Shown: one piece after another, positions 51,741 through 63,395 of the stretch
How the letters are laid out: the number at the start of each line of letters is the position of its first letter
Position numbering within the stretch: the first letter of the stretch is position 1
From: Andalucia godoyi And28
Lineage: Eukaryota; Protista; Jakobida
Length of the DNA: 64,000 nt
NCBI GenBank assembly: GCA_009859145.1
Contig: VRVR01000054.1
Span: forward strand, 1-64,000
Direction of reading: 5' to 3'
Program-made: the position numbers and the translations under genes
Notes under the pieces: model-generated
Told to the model about the DNA's origin: nothing
Seen by the model: the letters and a program-made list of their open reading frames with translations, nothing else
The model's database searches: none

Positions 51741-52433
51741 GTAAACAGACAAGTAGATGCGAGGAATAATCAAAATGTGGACGAATGTGAAACAGCAAAT
51801 CAATGTATACAAAAGACACGGAAAGTTAATTAGAGAGAGAAATGGACATTCGAAAGAAAAGGGGTGTAGAAAAGAAAGATTAAAATGTGTAACGTGTGAA
51901 TTAATTGATAAAATAATGAAAAACGAAAAGAAATAGGAAGAAAGTAAGAAGAAGAAGAAAAAAATGTGAAGAGTTTTTTCCCAAGAAATGGATGGTTTGG
52001 AACGAGTAGGAAAAGGAAAAGGCCGAAGAAGAAAGGAGGCGGGGGAAAAGGCCGGGAGAGGAGATTCAAAGGGAAAAATTAGAGTGATCAGTTTTCTGTT
52101 AAATGATTTTCTCATTGTTTCATCTTTGGCTGTCGGGGAAGCGTTGATGAGGAGGGCCCCAGAGGTTCGCTTGCGAGCACACAGCACTGTCGTACAAGCA
52201 GCGTTCTGCCCTTTGCCCCGACGCCGTAAATAAATTAAAAAGAACCAGTCCCTCCCTTTCCCCCCCGCCCTCCGTGTTGACTGGATTTGCATCAAGTGAC
52301 GCTACAGCTCTTCGAGTGTCTCTTTGCGGCATGCGGAGCCAAAAGACGGGAAAAGAAATTCAAAGAGAAAAGATACACAATAGCCATCGTCGTACTGTTC
52401 TGTTTTAGATTTGGAGAGGAAAAGAAGTGAGAG

Positions 52434-55400
52434 ATGCACAAGCCTTCATTCCTCTGTCGTTCTCTTCCGTTTCTTCTTTTGTGTGTGTGTGTTTGTTCGA
52501 CTTTTCTTCCGCTTTCTCTCGTCCGTTTCTCCTTGTTTTTTCCGTCTTGTGTGGCCCAGACGCTACCCGATACACTGCGCGAGTTTGACGGAAGCCTGTT
52601 TGAGCTGGAACTGCAGAATCTACCTCGAGCGATCAAGACCCGACAAATGTCGACGCCAACAAGTTCCCCGGCTGCTGCTGTGGACGCGCCACCATCCGCG
52701 GGACCGTCCGTTCGGCTGTACGACCTGAAGTTCAGAGTCGACCGGATTCGCCGGGCTTTGGAGGCAATCAAGCCGCATCGGGTCCTTGCGACATCGCCAC
52801 CAGCGTTCGTGTCGGCAATCCACAATGCATCCGAGTCGTATGTACACATTCAAAATCTTGCCGGTTCTGCACAGCGGGAAGGCGTCGAAAAGGCCACCGT
52901 GCCGTTCAAGCTGCAGGGTACGTGGGTGTACCTCGAAGCTGCAATTCCGGTCCCGGTGCACTGGCCTGCATCCGAGGTGTGGGTGGCGATCGGCATTGAC
53001 GCGCATTTCTCAAGCCCGACTTCAGACGCGGTGTTTCCGGCCGGTCCAGAGGGCGCAGTCTGGGTCGACGGAGTGCGCGTTGGGGCATATGACAGGGAGC
53101 ATCGCAGGTTGCATGTGCCCCGTGATCTTGTGATGGCCAAGGAACAGGATCGGAAGTCATCCATCGTCGTGCAACTGGTCTTGTTTACAGGGCGCATCCC
53201 GTCGACGCACTCGCTTACAGAGTTTCAGGCAGAGTGGCGGTCTGAACTTGTCGAGTCGCTGTACTGGTCCATGCACACGGGTCTGGAACTCGCAAAAGTC
53301 ATGGACCAGGGCTCGTCGTCGTACTTTGCGCTGGTCAACGCCCTCGATACTGCTGCACAGCGGCTGGATTTCAGATCGGACGCTGCCGAGTCGGACTTGT
53401 TCCTGCGATCTGCAAAAAAGGCCATTGCCGCATTTGATCACTTCTTGGCGTCAGGCTCGAGTGCGGAGGTCCGGGCAAGATTCCCGCGATTTCCGGCGAT
53501 CGGTGATAATCCCCGGGTCGTTGCACTTGGCCATTCGCACATTGACATTGCATGGTTGTGGGAAATCGCGCAGACACGGCACAAGGCACATCGGACGTTT
53601 GGAACGCAGCTGCGGCTGCTGGAAGAGTATCCAGACTGGGTCTTCATGCAGTCCTCGCCGCAGATCTATCAGTGGATTGAAGACAACGACCCCCTGCTGT
53701 TTCGGAACATTGTAGAGTCAATCAAGTCCAAGCGCTGGGAGGCAGAGGGTGCAATGTGGTGCGAGTCGGACACCAATCTACCGAATGGAGAATCGCTCGT
53801 TCGACAGCTTCTATACGGAAAGATGTATTTTCAAGAGAAGTTGGGAGTCGACTCGAAGGTCGCGTGGCTCCCAGATGTCTTTGGTTACTCGGCAGCATTG
53901 CCTCAGCTGTTTGCCCTGGCGCAGGTCCCATACTTTGTAACGTCGAAGATCTCCTGGTCGCAGTTCAATCGCTTTCCGTATGATTCGTTTGAATGGATTG
54001 GCATCGATGGTATATCTTCGGTGCTAACGCACTTCATCACCACCCCTCCGTTTTGGGGGTCCGATGCGACGTACTACACATACAATTCATTGATGATGCC
54101 CGTCGAGGTGAAGGGTGCGTGGGACAAGTATCAACAAAAGGCACTTCTGCAGAGCCCGCTGCTGACGTTTGGCTTTGGAGACGGTGGTGGCGGAGTGACT
54201 GAAGAGATGCTCGAGGTCGCCTCCCGATTAAACGGTGCGTCGTTGGAGTTTAGCACAGCACGGGCTTCAATGGATGGGCTTGCGGAAAAGGCTCGCCAGC
54301 CGGGTATCAAGATGCCCCGGTGGATTGGTGAACTGTACCTGGAGTATCACCGCGGTACCTACACCTCGCAGGCATGGATCAAGCGTGCAAATCGAAAGGG
54401 AGAGACGTTGTTTCAGCAGACAGAATGGCTCTTGTCCCTTGCCATTATGCACAATTTGGTTGGCCCCTCGACCTCCGTCGCGGGGGAGGTTGCGCTTGTG
54501 AATGTCACGGAAGTGTGGGGCAAGATTCGAGCATGTTGGGAAAAGTTCCTCATGCTCCAGTTCCACGATATCCTGCCAGGCTCTTCTACGACTAACGTGT
54601 ACACCAAAGAGTCCCGGCCGATGCATGACGAGATTCAGAGAACGCTCTTGGACATTCGAAATCGTACTGCGCAGGTTCTTGCAAGCCATATGGCGGTCAG
54701 TTCTCCGGCGAAGCATGTCATGTTCAACACTTTGTGGTTTGAGCGAGATGGAATCCCTGCTGGCGGTTGGGTTGCACAGAGCACTCCGTTTGCTGTCCCT
54801 CCGCAATCGCCTCCCGGTGCCGTTGTCGAATCGACCGCGACTGAAAACGGCGGTCTGTTGGTTTCGCATCCGAGATGGCGCATTGCGTTCGACGCACTGG
54901 GGCGCATTTCCTCTCTCTATGACAAAGATGAGAAGCGTAACGTTATTCCGGAAGGCAAGGTTTCCAACGAATTTCTGCTGTTCCGTGATGATCCGATGAT
55001 GTGGTCCGCGTGGGACATTGATTCTTATTACGAGGAAATGCCAATCGATCCGCCAATGCTTGTGCACTCCGAGGTTGTTCGAGAGAGTCCAAGCCGCCTG
55101 GTAGTGAAGCGGAAATTTGTTGTTCCTCCGCGCAACAAGTCCACTATTGACCAATCGGTGGTGATTGATGCCGCGCGCGATCGCATTGATTTTGAAACTC
55201 GTGCTGACTGGCACGATTCGCAGTTCTTGCTCAAGGTTGCTTTCCCTGTCGATGTTCTTGCCTCTGAAGCTGCGCATGAAATCCAGTTCGGCCACATACG
55301 TCGACCTACACACAAGAACACGCAATGGGATGTTGCTCGTTTCGAAACGTCCCATCATCGCTGGGTGGATGTGTCCGAAGCTGGGTATGGTGCTGCAGTA

Positions 55401-55976
55401 CTCAACGACTGCAAGTACGGCAACGACGTTCAGGGATCGACGATCCGCCTGACTCTCATCAAGGCTCCTATTTCTCCGGATCCGGACGCAGACAAGGGTG
55501 CGCACGTGTTTACCTACTCGTTCTTGCCGCACGCTGGCAGCCTCCAGGAAGCGCTGGTCGTGCGTCACGGTGCAGATTTGAACAATCCGCTGTTCTCAAC
55601 CGCTGCTGCAGTCCGTGAAGCCGATGGCGCGGTGTCCGGGACTCTTCTTGGCAAGCACCGTCTGGCGCACACGGCGTCGCCTGTGAAGGTGCTCAAAGGA
55701 ACGTCTGTGGTTGTCGACTCGCTCAAGCCTGCAGAATCAAATCTCGAGGAAGACGTTATTGTTCGCATCTATGAGTCCCACGGCGGCACTGTGCCCGAAG
55801 CAGTTCTGGCATTCGCGAGGCCAGTTGCGTTTGTCAAGGCCGTCGATCTTCTTGAGGAGCAAGTTGACGAGCGTGTCCAGGGCCTCGCAGCAAGCGGCCA
55901 TCAAGTCTCGTTCTCCATTCGTGCGTTCCAAATCATTTCTCTCCGCATCCGGTTCGAACGCTCCCTCGAACTCTAG
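52434..55976 (+). CDS. MAN2C1: GH38 alpha-mannosidase, MAN2C1/Ams1 type; start may be 52434 or 52647
   Basis: GHSHIDIAWLW, WLPDVFGYS (nucleophile), FGFGDGGGG, ELYLEYHRGTYTSQ, QFHDILPGSS, LNDCKYG. Confidence 0.92.
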   Translation: MHKPSFLCRSLPFLLLCVCVCSTFLPLSLVRFSLFFPSCVAQTLPDTLREFDGSLFELELQNLPRAIKTRQMSTPTSSPAAAVDAPPSAGPSVRLYDLKFRVDRIRRALEAIKPHRVLATSPPAFVSAIHNASESYVHIQNLAGSAQREGVEKATVPFKLQGTWVYLEAAIPVPVHWPASEVWVAIGIDAHFSSPTSDAVFPAGPEGAVWVDGVRVGAYDREHRRLHVPRDLVMAKEQDRKSSIVVQLVLFTGRIPSTHSLTEFQAEWRSELVESLYWSMHTGLELAKVMDQGSSSYFALVNALDTAAQRLDFRSDAAESDLFLRSAKKAIAAFDHFLASGSSAEVRARFPRFPAIGDNPRVVALGHSHIDIAWLWEIAQTRHKAHRTFGTQLRLLEEYPDWVFMQSSPQIYQWIEDNDPLLFRNIVESIKSKRWEAEGAMWCESDTNLPNGESLVRQLLYGKMYFQEKLGVDSKVAWLPDVFGYSAALPQLFALAQVPYFVTSKISWSQFNRFPYDSFEWIGIDGISSVLTHFITTPPFWGSDATYYTYNSLMMPVEVKGAWDKYQQKALLQSPLLTFGFGDGGGGVTEEMLEVASRLNGASLEFSTARASMDGLAEKARQPGIKMPRWIGELYLEYHRGTYTSQAWIKRANRKGETLFQQTEWLLSLAIMHNLVGPSTSVAGEVALVNVTEVWGKIRACWEKFLMLQFHDILPGSSTTNVYTKESRPMHDEIQRTLLDIRNRTAQVLASHMAVSSPAKHVMFNTLWFERDGIPAGGWVAQSTPFAVPPQSPPGAVVESTATENGGLLVSHPRWRIAFDALGRISSLYDKDEKRNVIPEGKVSNEFLLFRDDPMMWSAWDIDSYYEEMPIDPPMLVHSEVVRESPSRLVVKRKFVVPPRNKSTIDQSVVIDAARDRIDFETRADWHDSQFLLKVAFPVDVLASEAAHEIQFGHIRRPTHKNTQWDVARFETSHHRWVDVSEAGYGAAVLNDCKYGNDVQGSTIRLTLIKAPISPDPDADKGAHVFTYSFLPHAGSLQEALVVRHGADLNNPLFSTAAAVREADGAVSGTLLGKHRLAHTASPVKVLKGTSVVVDSLKPAESNLEEDVIVRIYESHGGTVPEAVLAFARPVAFVKAVDLLEEQVDERVQGLAASGHQVSFSIRAFQIISLRIRFERSLEL

Positions 55977-56432
55977 CCAAATCCACAAAGAACACAGCAT
56001 ATCTCCCCTGCATTCCTCCAAAGCTCTCGTGCGGAGCGTCTCGTCAGGCGGCACGTCACCCACTGTCAGCACGGCAAACAAGATGCATGCAGACCGCACG
56101 AATGGCACGAATGCAGCATCAGCCACGGGAAATCCGGCATTCAGCTTCCCCCAAGGTTTTCCTTTCCCTTTCCCTTTTCGTTTTCATTTTCGTTTGTCTG
56201 CCCAAAGTCAGAGTCAAGAGATAAAAAGTACCCAAATGGCGGTTTTTTCCGTTTGTCAAATGCATAAATAAAAAATTTTTTTTTCCTCTTATTGTTTCGT
56301 TTTCAGCACTCTCGTTTCTATCATTTTGATCGCTTTTGTTTTTTCTACATTTCCAGTTTTTCCCCTCTCCACAAGTCCTCCAGCTCTCCCTGCGTCTTTA
56401 GCTTTTAGTAAAGATTTTGTTGCTTGCGAAGC

Positions 56433-59400
56433 ATGGGAGACGACAATGTGAAGGTATGTTCATTCTTTACTCTCCTTCATTTTCTTGGTGTTGTTGTTGA
56501 TGATGATGATGATGATGTTGTTGTTGTTGTTGTTGTTGTTCGTCGTCGTCGTCTTCTTCTTCTTCTTCGGACGCATCCACAGTGGATTGTGGACCACTCA
56601 TTTCCAAACAGTCAATGACACTCACCTGCTTTTTACTCTTTGTGGTTTATTTTATGTTCGATGATTTGCTAGGTTGCCGGTATGTTATTTGTTTGACTCG
56701 CCTTGTCTGTTGTGAGTCTCCTTGGCTGTATTGTGTGTTTCTGACGGTTTTGTTTTTTCCTTCGTTTTTTTCGTGTGAACGAACGATTTTTGACGATGTG
56801 TGCAGTTCGAGTACGGCCGTTCAATGCTCGTGAGATCGAGAGGAATGCAAAGCAGATCATCAAGATGGAGGGACCGAATACGATCATTACGAACCCTGAG
56901 GATGGGTCTGAGAAGAAGTTCACGTTTGACTTTTCGTACTGGAGTCACAACAAGGCGGATGCTACGTATGCGACGCAAAAGATGGTGTTCAACGATCTGG
57001 GAATTGGAGTTTTGGAGAACGCGTGGAAGGGGTACAACGTGTCGCTGTTTGCGTATGGGCAAACTGGATCTGGAAAATCGTACTCCATGGTTGGGTATGG
57101 TGAGGACAAGGGGATTATCCCGCAGGCGTGTGAAGAGCTGTTTGTGCGAACCGAGGCGAACAGCGACCCCGAGTTGCGATACAAGGTCGAGGCTTCCATG
57201 CTTGAAATCTACAATGAACAGGTCCGCGATCTGTTCAACCCGAAGAATAACAAGCCCGGTGGACTGCGTGTTCGTGAGAACCCTGCGTCCGGTCCGTACG
57301 TTGAGGATTTGTCGCTCCTGCAAGTTAACAGCTACAAGGAAATCTCGGATGCCATGGACCAGGGGACATTGGCCCGAACGGTTGCATCGACCAACATGAA
57401 CGCCACGTCGTCTCGTGCACATACCATCTTCACAATTGTGTTCACGCAGACTCGCATGGACTCGGTCGTCAAGAAGGAAACGTCCAAAGTCGCAAAGATC
57501 TCGCTGGTCGATCTCGCAGGCTCGGAACGTGCCGAGTCCACAGGGGCGACAGGAGACCGTCTCAAGGAAGGCGCGAACATCAACAAGTCGCTCTCTGCAC
57601 TGGGTAACTGCATCTCAGCGCTTGCAGAGAACTCAGGTACTGGAAAGAACGCAAAGAAGAAATTCGTTCCGTATCGAGACTCGGTCCTTACCTGGCTTCT
57701 TAAGGAATCTCTTGGTGGCAATGCAAGAACCATCATGATTGCCGCGCTCTCTCCTGCAGACATCAACTTTGACGAGACGTTGTCGACCCTTCGGTATGCA
57801 GATCGTGCAAAACAGATCAAGAACAACGCCACTGTGAACGAAGATCCGAATGCGAAGCTCATTCGCGATCTGCGCGCAGAAATCGAAAGACTCAAATCAC
57901 AAATCGGCGTCGGTGGAGACGGCTCCGGCGCAAGCGCAGGTGGTGCGTCGCCTCACGTTTCTCCTGAAGTTGAGGAGGAGATGCGTCGCTTGCGTGAGCA
58001 GTTTGAAGAATCCCAGAAGCTCATTGCACAGCTCTCCATGTCTGATGAAGACAAGAAGAAGCAAACAGATGCCATCAACGCTTCTCGTAATGCTGCGCTG
58101 AAGGGCTTTGGATGCGTTGGTGAAGGTGACAAGGAAACTACGCCGCATCTGACGAATTTGAACGAGGATCCGCAGTTGTCGGAATCTTTGATTTACTTGT
58201 TCGCCGATGGCAAGAAGTTCTTGTTTGGCAGAAAGAACGCCAGTCCCCCACCTGATGTTGCACTCTCTGGGTTGTCTATTTCAAAGGAGCACTGTACTAT
58301 CGAGAATGTTGGTGGTGTTGTTTCGATTTCGCCTTTCTCTGGCGCCCGTGTGTTTGTCAATGGAAAGTCTGTGACGACTCCGACTCCGTTGTCGCATAAC
58401 GATCGCATTATTCTAGGAAACAACCACGTTTTCCGCTTTCAGATTCCTCCTGCAGTCGCTGACTCGTCCATTGATTGGGAATTTGCGCAGAAAGAATTCG
58501 CGGAGGCGCAGGGCCGAACTGTGTCGATTGCAGAGACTCCGCAGGAATCAGAGGCCATGAAGCAGCTCGAAGAGGAGCGACGCAAGCAGCAGGCCGAGCT
58601 GGAAGCGCAACGAAAGCAGCTTGAGGATTTGCAGAAGAAGATGGCGTCGTCGGGAGAATCCGAGGAACTGCTCCGCAAGAATCGCGAACTTGAAGAAGCA
58701 CTTCGCAAGCAAGAAGCGCTTGGTGCTGAACTGTCTTCGCGAAAGGCGAGAGAGAAGCGAGACCGATCCTTGCTTGAAGAGACCATGCTCAAAGCAATTC
58801 CGATGGTGAACGAGGCGAATCAAATTGCAGAAGAAGTTGGAAAGGACACTCGTTTTGAAATCAAGCTGCTGGCCATTATCCACAAGGTTGCGGATATGTC
58901 ACTCCCTGAAGAGTTGCGTTATCAGAAGTCGACGGAAGTTCGTGTACGCTTGAACGATAACTCGCTGTGGAATGTGGACAAATTTTTCAACCGCGTGTAT
59001 TTGATGCGTGAAGTGTACCAGAATTACCTCGAAGCGGTCGAAAATGGCATCGAGTATCACTGCAAGCAGGACGATGACCCATTCTTTGATCCTGTCGATG
59101 CGCAGCCCATCGGTACTGCCATGGTGTATCTGTCGTCTCTAGCGCATTTGATTGAATCGGAACTGTCAACGCCTGTGCTTGATTACAAGGGTAAGCAAGA
59201 AGGTGAGCTGCAAGTTGAGATTGTCCCATCGGAAATCCACGAGGAAGACTATGTTGAAGATGCAAAGGAACTTATTGGACGTGCCATCGAATTTTCAATT
59301 AAGATCCCGTATGCACGTGGTCTCCCGACTGCTCTTTGCACAAACGTTTTCGTCCGCTACAAGTTCTTCCTGGACGAACAGGTTTACGAAACGGAAAAGG

Positions 59401-59960
59401 CGACCAAGAAGACTATCAACCCGACATTCAACTATGTGCGTTTGTTCCGCATTTCTCCAGTGACGGAGGACTTTGTCAAGTACTTGGAGTCGGAGGCGAT
59501 TCAATTCGAAGTATTCGGAATGGCAGAGGAGGACAAGGCTGGCAAAGTGAGCGGCATCCATTACTATCCCCCGGGCACAGCTCCTCCAAAAGAAGAGGCT
59601 CGCTCATCAGCGAGCTCTGGGGGAGCGCCAGCCAGTTCTTCCGCGGGGCCCAATGCAGGAGTGGTCGCTGCAGCAGCTGTCGGCGGAGCAGTTGCGGGTG
59701 GCGCGGTTGTCGCCGTAGCATCTTCCAAAGGGGATGCCTCGTCTGTCCCGGCGAATCAGCCCACCTCCGAGGATGCAAAAACGTTGAAAGCCAAGATCCA
59801 AGAGCTCGAGACCAAGTTGCAGCAGACCCAGACCGTCGACATCAAGCAGAAAGAAGACCAAATTTCACGGTTGCAGCGTGAAATCCAGGAGCGCGATGAG
59901 CGTATTAAGCGACTGGAGGAGGAGAACAAGAAGAAGTCAAAGTCGTGTGTTATTCAGTAG
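56433..59960 (+). CDS. Kinesin-3 motor (motor, FHA, coiled coil, C2-like, polybasic CaaX); join(56433..56453,56673..56679,56806..59960)
   Basis: Splicing gives MGDDNVKVAVRVRPFN. Motifs GQTGSGKS, SSRAH, DLAGSE and FHA (GR..D..L.G..I..EHC). Ends KKKSKSCVIQ. Confidence 0.92.
56489..56568. repeat. Stepwise compound trinucleotide tract (GTT)(GAT)(GTT)(CGT)(CTT) in kinesin intron 1
   Basis: Seen directly. Confidence 0.9.
56673..56679 (+). other. 7-nt microexon GTTGCCG
   Basis: Flanked by GCTAG and GTATGT. It supplies V-A-(V) and the phase shift needed between exon 1 and exon 3. Confidence 0.88.
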
Positions 59961-60235
59961 TGCTGTTGAATTCCAGGGTGAGTCTTTTTGTTGTTGTGTT
60001 GTGGTTGTTGTTTCTTTTCTTTCCCCTTCCCTTTCGCTGTTTCGTTCTGTTGCTGTTGGTATTGTTTCCTTTGTGGCAATAAAAATTGCTCTTCGCATAG
60101 TAAGTTTTTAAAAAGCTGAACTCTGGATGCAAGTCTCTATTCATGTCTGCTCGATCGACGATCGACTGTGGTAGTAAGTACAACAACAACAACAACAACA
60201 AAAATTGAAATAAAAAAGTCTGTTTCGCGGTCCTT

Positions 60236-62119
60236 TCATGCGTGTGCGCGGTGCATTTGCTGCGCGTGTAGCACAATTCCCTGCAGACGTTCAATCTCGC
60301 TGCGCAGCTGCTGCTCCAGCTGCGCTCTCATGTGGATCTCCTCTTCCATTCGCCGGCATCTCTCCCGGTACTGATTGAATTCGCTCTCCATGGACGGGTC
60401 ATTCAAAATGTAGGCGCTGCAAAGGATTTCTGCTGCGGAGGGACGCAAAAGAGGATCCGACTCCATCATTCTGCGAATGAGAGAGAACAACTGAGGGGAA
60501 TAGTTGCCAGACAGCGAGAAGTTGAAGAGATCGCCGTTCCGGATTTTCTGCCAGTCATCTCCGTTCGCGGGAAGGCGCCTGCCAAGGATCATTTCGTACA
60601 GGGAGGCCCCAAGCGCAAAGATATCCGCCTTTGTCAGGTACCGGAAATCATCATCCAGAAGCTCCCGGCACAAGTACCGGCCGTCCCCTTCGGTGACCTC
60701 CACCTTCAGGTTGACGTGACGGATCTGGCCGAGATCGCCAATCTTGTACTGCACATCACCGCCCGGTCGCTGAGACATGTAGATGTTTTCGTTCTTGATA
60801 TCCAAGTGCGCAAGCCCGCGTGCATGAATAAGGCTGAGTCCAGAGAGGACCTGCTTCAGAATTTCTCGGATTTGCTTTTCAGGGAAGAACGTTCCGAGCT
60901 GCTGCTGCAAATCACCGCCGTCGCAGTACTCGGTCTGAATGTGAAGATATTCATCCTCCACCCATGATGAGAAATACCTCAGAATGTTCGGTGACTCCAA
61001 GCTCGAGAGACCATAAACTTCGTAGAGCAGGTCGTTTGGCAAGCCGGTTCCGTCCGCCACATGAGACATGTCCGAAGGTCGCAGATGGATCCTCTTGATG
61101 GCATATGTCCCTTGATCCAGACGGTTCTTCACCAAAAACACGGATCCAAACGAGCCTTTTCCAATTTTCTTGACTTCTTCAAATTCGGTAAAGTACCTTG
61201 AGAGCACCAATGGTTGCTGCGGCTGTTCTTCGTGCTCTACTTCTCCTTCTTCGTGATGATGATGATGTCCATAGTGGTAAGAATGATGGCTCATCTTCCT
61301 GTCATCCTCATCCAGCGAGGAGAAGTGGTGAGATGCAGCTGACGCTGGGAACAGAATGCGCGAGTCGTCGTGTTCTGTAATCGCAGAGGTTGCAAGCCTC
61401 CTCTTGCGACTTGTGGACGGCATGCAAGGTCTGTCTTCTCCCGAAGCCTGCAGCAGCTGCGTCTTCACGCCGGACCGTAAGGATCTTGAACCAAACGATC
61501 GGGGACAAGACTTTGGACAGTCTCCCGACGAGCTTCCTGTTGATGAGCTTGTGGATGTATCCATTCTGGGTGGAGGCGAATTCACGGCGTCGAACACAGC
61601 AATCTGCCCGTTGCGAGAAGGAGAATCTTTCAGATCGGAGAGATCCATCGACGAATCGTGACTAAGACACTGCGCTCCACGACCTCCGCTGTTATACATA
61701 AATGGCCGGATGGGTGACGATTTCGACGCGCAATACTCCATAGCTGGATCGCTCACAGAACGATCGTTCTCACTGTGCAAAATAACGTCGTCCTCATCCT
61801 CGGGAAACAATATCGAAGACGTATCAACCGGTTGGAGGCCATGGAGATGGGCCTGCTCATGATGGTGGGAGTGAGAATGATACTGGTGCTGATTCTGATG
61901 TTGTTGTTGTTGGTGGTGGTGGTGGTGGAGCTGCTGTTGGTACTGGTGATGATGAGAAACGGCTGCATGTTTGCGGGAAACTGTAAACGGTGTTTTTGTT
62001 GGAGTGGAAGGCAGCTCGGGATAGTGATTTTGAGAAACCTGGGACACGGTTGGCGTGCAGATCGAGTCCTCTTCGGAAGCTGAATTTGGGGACAAGACGC
62101 GCAGCAAAGGATGAAGCAT
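60236..62119 (-). CDS. WEE1: Wee1-family kinase
   Basis: IGKGSFGSV, YAIKR, HLDIKNENI, YKIGDLG, EGDGRYL, KADIFALG. Confidence 0.92.
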   Translation of the reverse strand: MLHPLLRVLSPNSASEEDSICTPTVSQVSQNHYPELPSTPTKTPFTVSRKHAAVSHHHQYQQQLHHHHHQQQQHQNQHQYHSHSHHHEQAHLHGLQPVDTSSILFPEDEDDVILHSENDRSVSDPAMEYCASKSSPIRPFMYNSGGRGAQCLSHDSSMDLSDLKDSPSRNGQIAVFDAVNSPPPRMDTSTSSSTGSSSGDCPKSCPRSFGSRSLRSGVKTQLLQASGEDRPCMPSTSRKRRLATSAITEHDDSRILFPASAASHHFSSLDEDDRKMSHHSYHYGHHHHHEEGEVEHEEQPQQPLVLSRYFTEFEEVKKIGKGSFGSVFLVKNRLDQGTYAIKRIHLRPSDMSHVADGTGLPNDLLYEVYGLSSLESPNILRYFSSWVEDEYLHIQTEYCDGGDLQQQLGTFFPEKQIREILKQVLSGLSLIHARGLAHLDIKNENIYMSQRPGGDVQYKIGDLGQIRHVNLKVEVTEGDGRYLCRELLDDDFRYLTKADIFALGASLYEMILGRRLPANGDDWQKIRNGDLFNFSLSGNYSPQLFSLIRRMMESDPLLRPSAAEILCSAYILNDPSMESEFNQYRERCRRMEEEIHMRAQLEQQLRSEIERLQGIVLHAQQMHRAHA

Positions 62120-62572
62120 TTCGATCGTGGAGTTTGCGAATCGTGTTAGAGACTGGACAGATGATGACTGTTAATGTTATGGTTAGGAAGAGTAGTGAGT
62201 TAGTACAGTTTTAAAAAACCAGAGTAAGTGTGTCAGTCAATTGCCTACCAAGATTAACAGGGAAACGAAAGGAACAAAAGTTCAAAACAAAGTTCAAAAC
62301 ACAAAACAAAAAAAACCAGAAAGCAAAAGCGGGTTTGTGCAGAAGAGAACGCCAAGTTTGTGTGCTGCATATGCAGGCCTCCAGTGTTTCCTAATGCGGG
62401 GAAATATCGTAACGGGTGGCTAGCGACTAGCATCAACTGCTTTTTCTTTTTTGACTTCGAGCAGTGGCGTTCTGCGAGATTCATTTGGAGTTGTTTTTAT
62501 TGTTGTTGTGTTTTCTTTGTGGATGTTGCTTGGACGATTCCATTCAATTTATCAAAGACGGATTCTGTTCTG

Positions 62573-63271
62573 ATGGAAAAGAAGGACATGGACTCTGCGT
62601 CTGGCGATGTGTCTGTGCCACCGTCAGCACCAGCGTCAACACACGCATCAGTACCAGTGCCTGCTGTGGGAGTTGAGAGATGGAACTACGTTCGGTCGCA
62701 GTGGCTTGCAAAGTGTCGGCCTATGCAATCGTCTCCTTTTGGGTTTCCCACATTTCAGCATTCTCGGACAGTATCCGCTGCTACAAGCGGCGGCTCCTCG
62801 TTTCGCGATTCTTCCGATTCTGACGATCCGTCCGACACGTGTCCCACATCCCACTTCTCGTCTTTTAGTTCCTCGGCTGCACCTTCTTCGTCGGCCGTAG
62901 AGTCTCCGCCGTCTTTTGGCGACGTTAGCCAAACACCAACCGCCGGCACCACGCCTGCGCTTGCGCTTGTGTCTTCAGTGCAACCTCATGATGGATCGAC
63001 TGGCTCTGAGCTGTGGATTTCCGCGGACGACAGAGCTGTAGAGCCGGCTGGATCGCGGGTCTCTTCACAGCAGCAGCACGCGGAAGCGCATTCTCCGAGC
63101 AAGTTGAAAGGAATTCCTCCTGGAAAGGTGCGGGTTTCAGAAGTGAACTTGGACGAAGTGTGCCGAGCCCTCGTCAGCTCCGAGAACCCGCAGTTCAAGG
63201 CGCGCATCAATCTAGCAGATATGGTGGGGCTGCTGATGGAGCTTTGGGAAGCCGAGGGGCTCTTCGACTAG
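62573..63271 (+). CDS. DUF4050 (Gag1-like clamp) family protein
   Basis: ERWNYVRSQW, a Ser-rich linker, and C-terminal INLADMVGLLMELWEAEGLFD. Confidence 0.75.
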   Translation: MEKKDMDSASGDVSVPPSAPASTHASVPVPAVGVERWNYVRSQWLAKCRPMQSSPFGFPTFQHSRTVSAATSGGSSFRDSSDSDDPSDTCPTSHFSSFSSSAAPSSSAVESPPSFGDVSQTPTAGTTPALALVSSVQPHDGSTGSELWISADDRAVEPAGSRVSSQQQHAEAHSPSKLKGIPPGKVRVSEVNLDEVCRALVSSENPQFKARINLADMVGLLMELWEAEGLFD

Positions 63272-63272
63272 A

Positions 63273-63395
<123 letters not shown>

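Noticed and set aside
56775-56805. ORF-track start MNERFLTMCA for the kinesin
   Set aside because: This is intron 2 sequence; the spliced model gives the conserved KVAVRVRPFN.
60780-60810. Wee1 pseudokinase because of HLDIKNEN instead of HLDIKPxN
   Set aside because: The catalytic Asp, Lys and Asn, the beta-3 Lys and the DLG motif are all retained.
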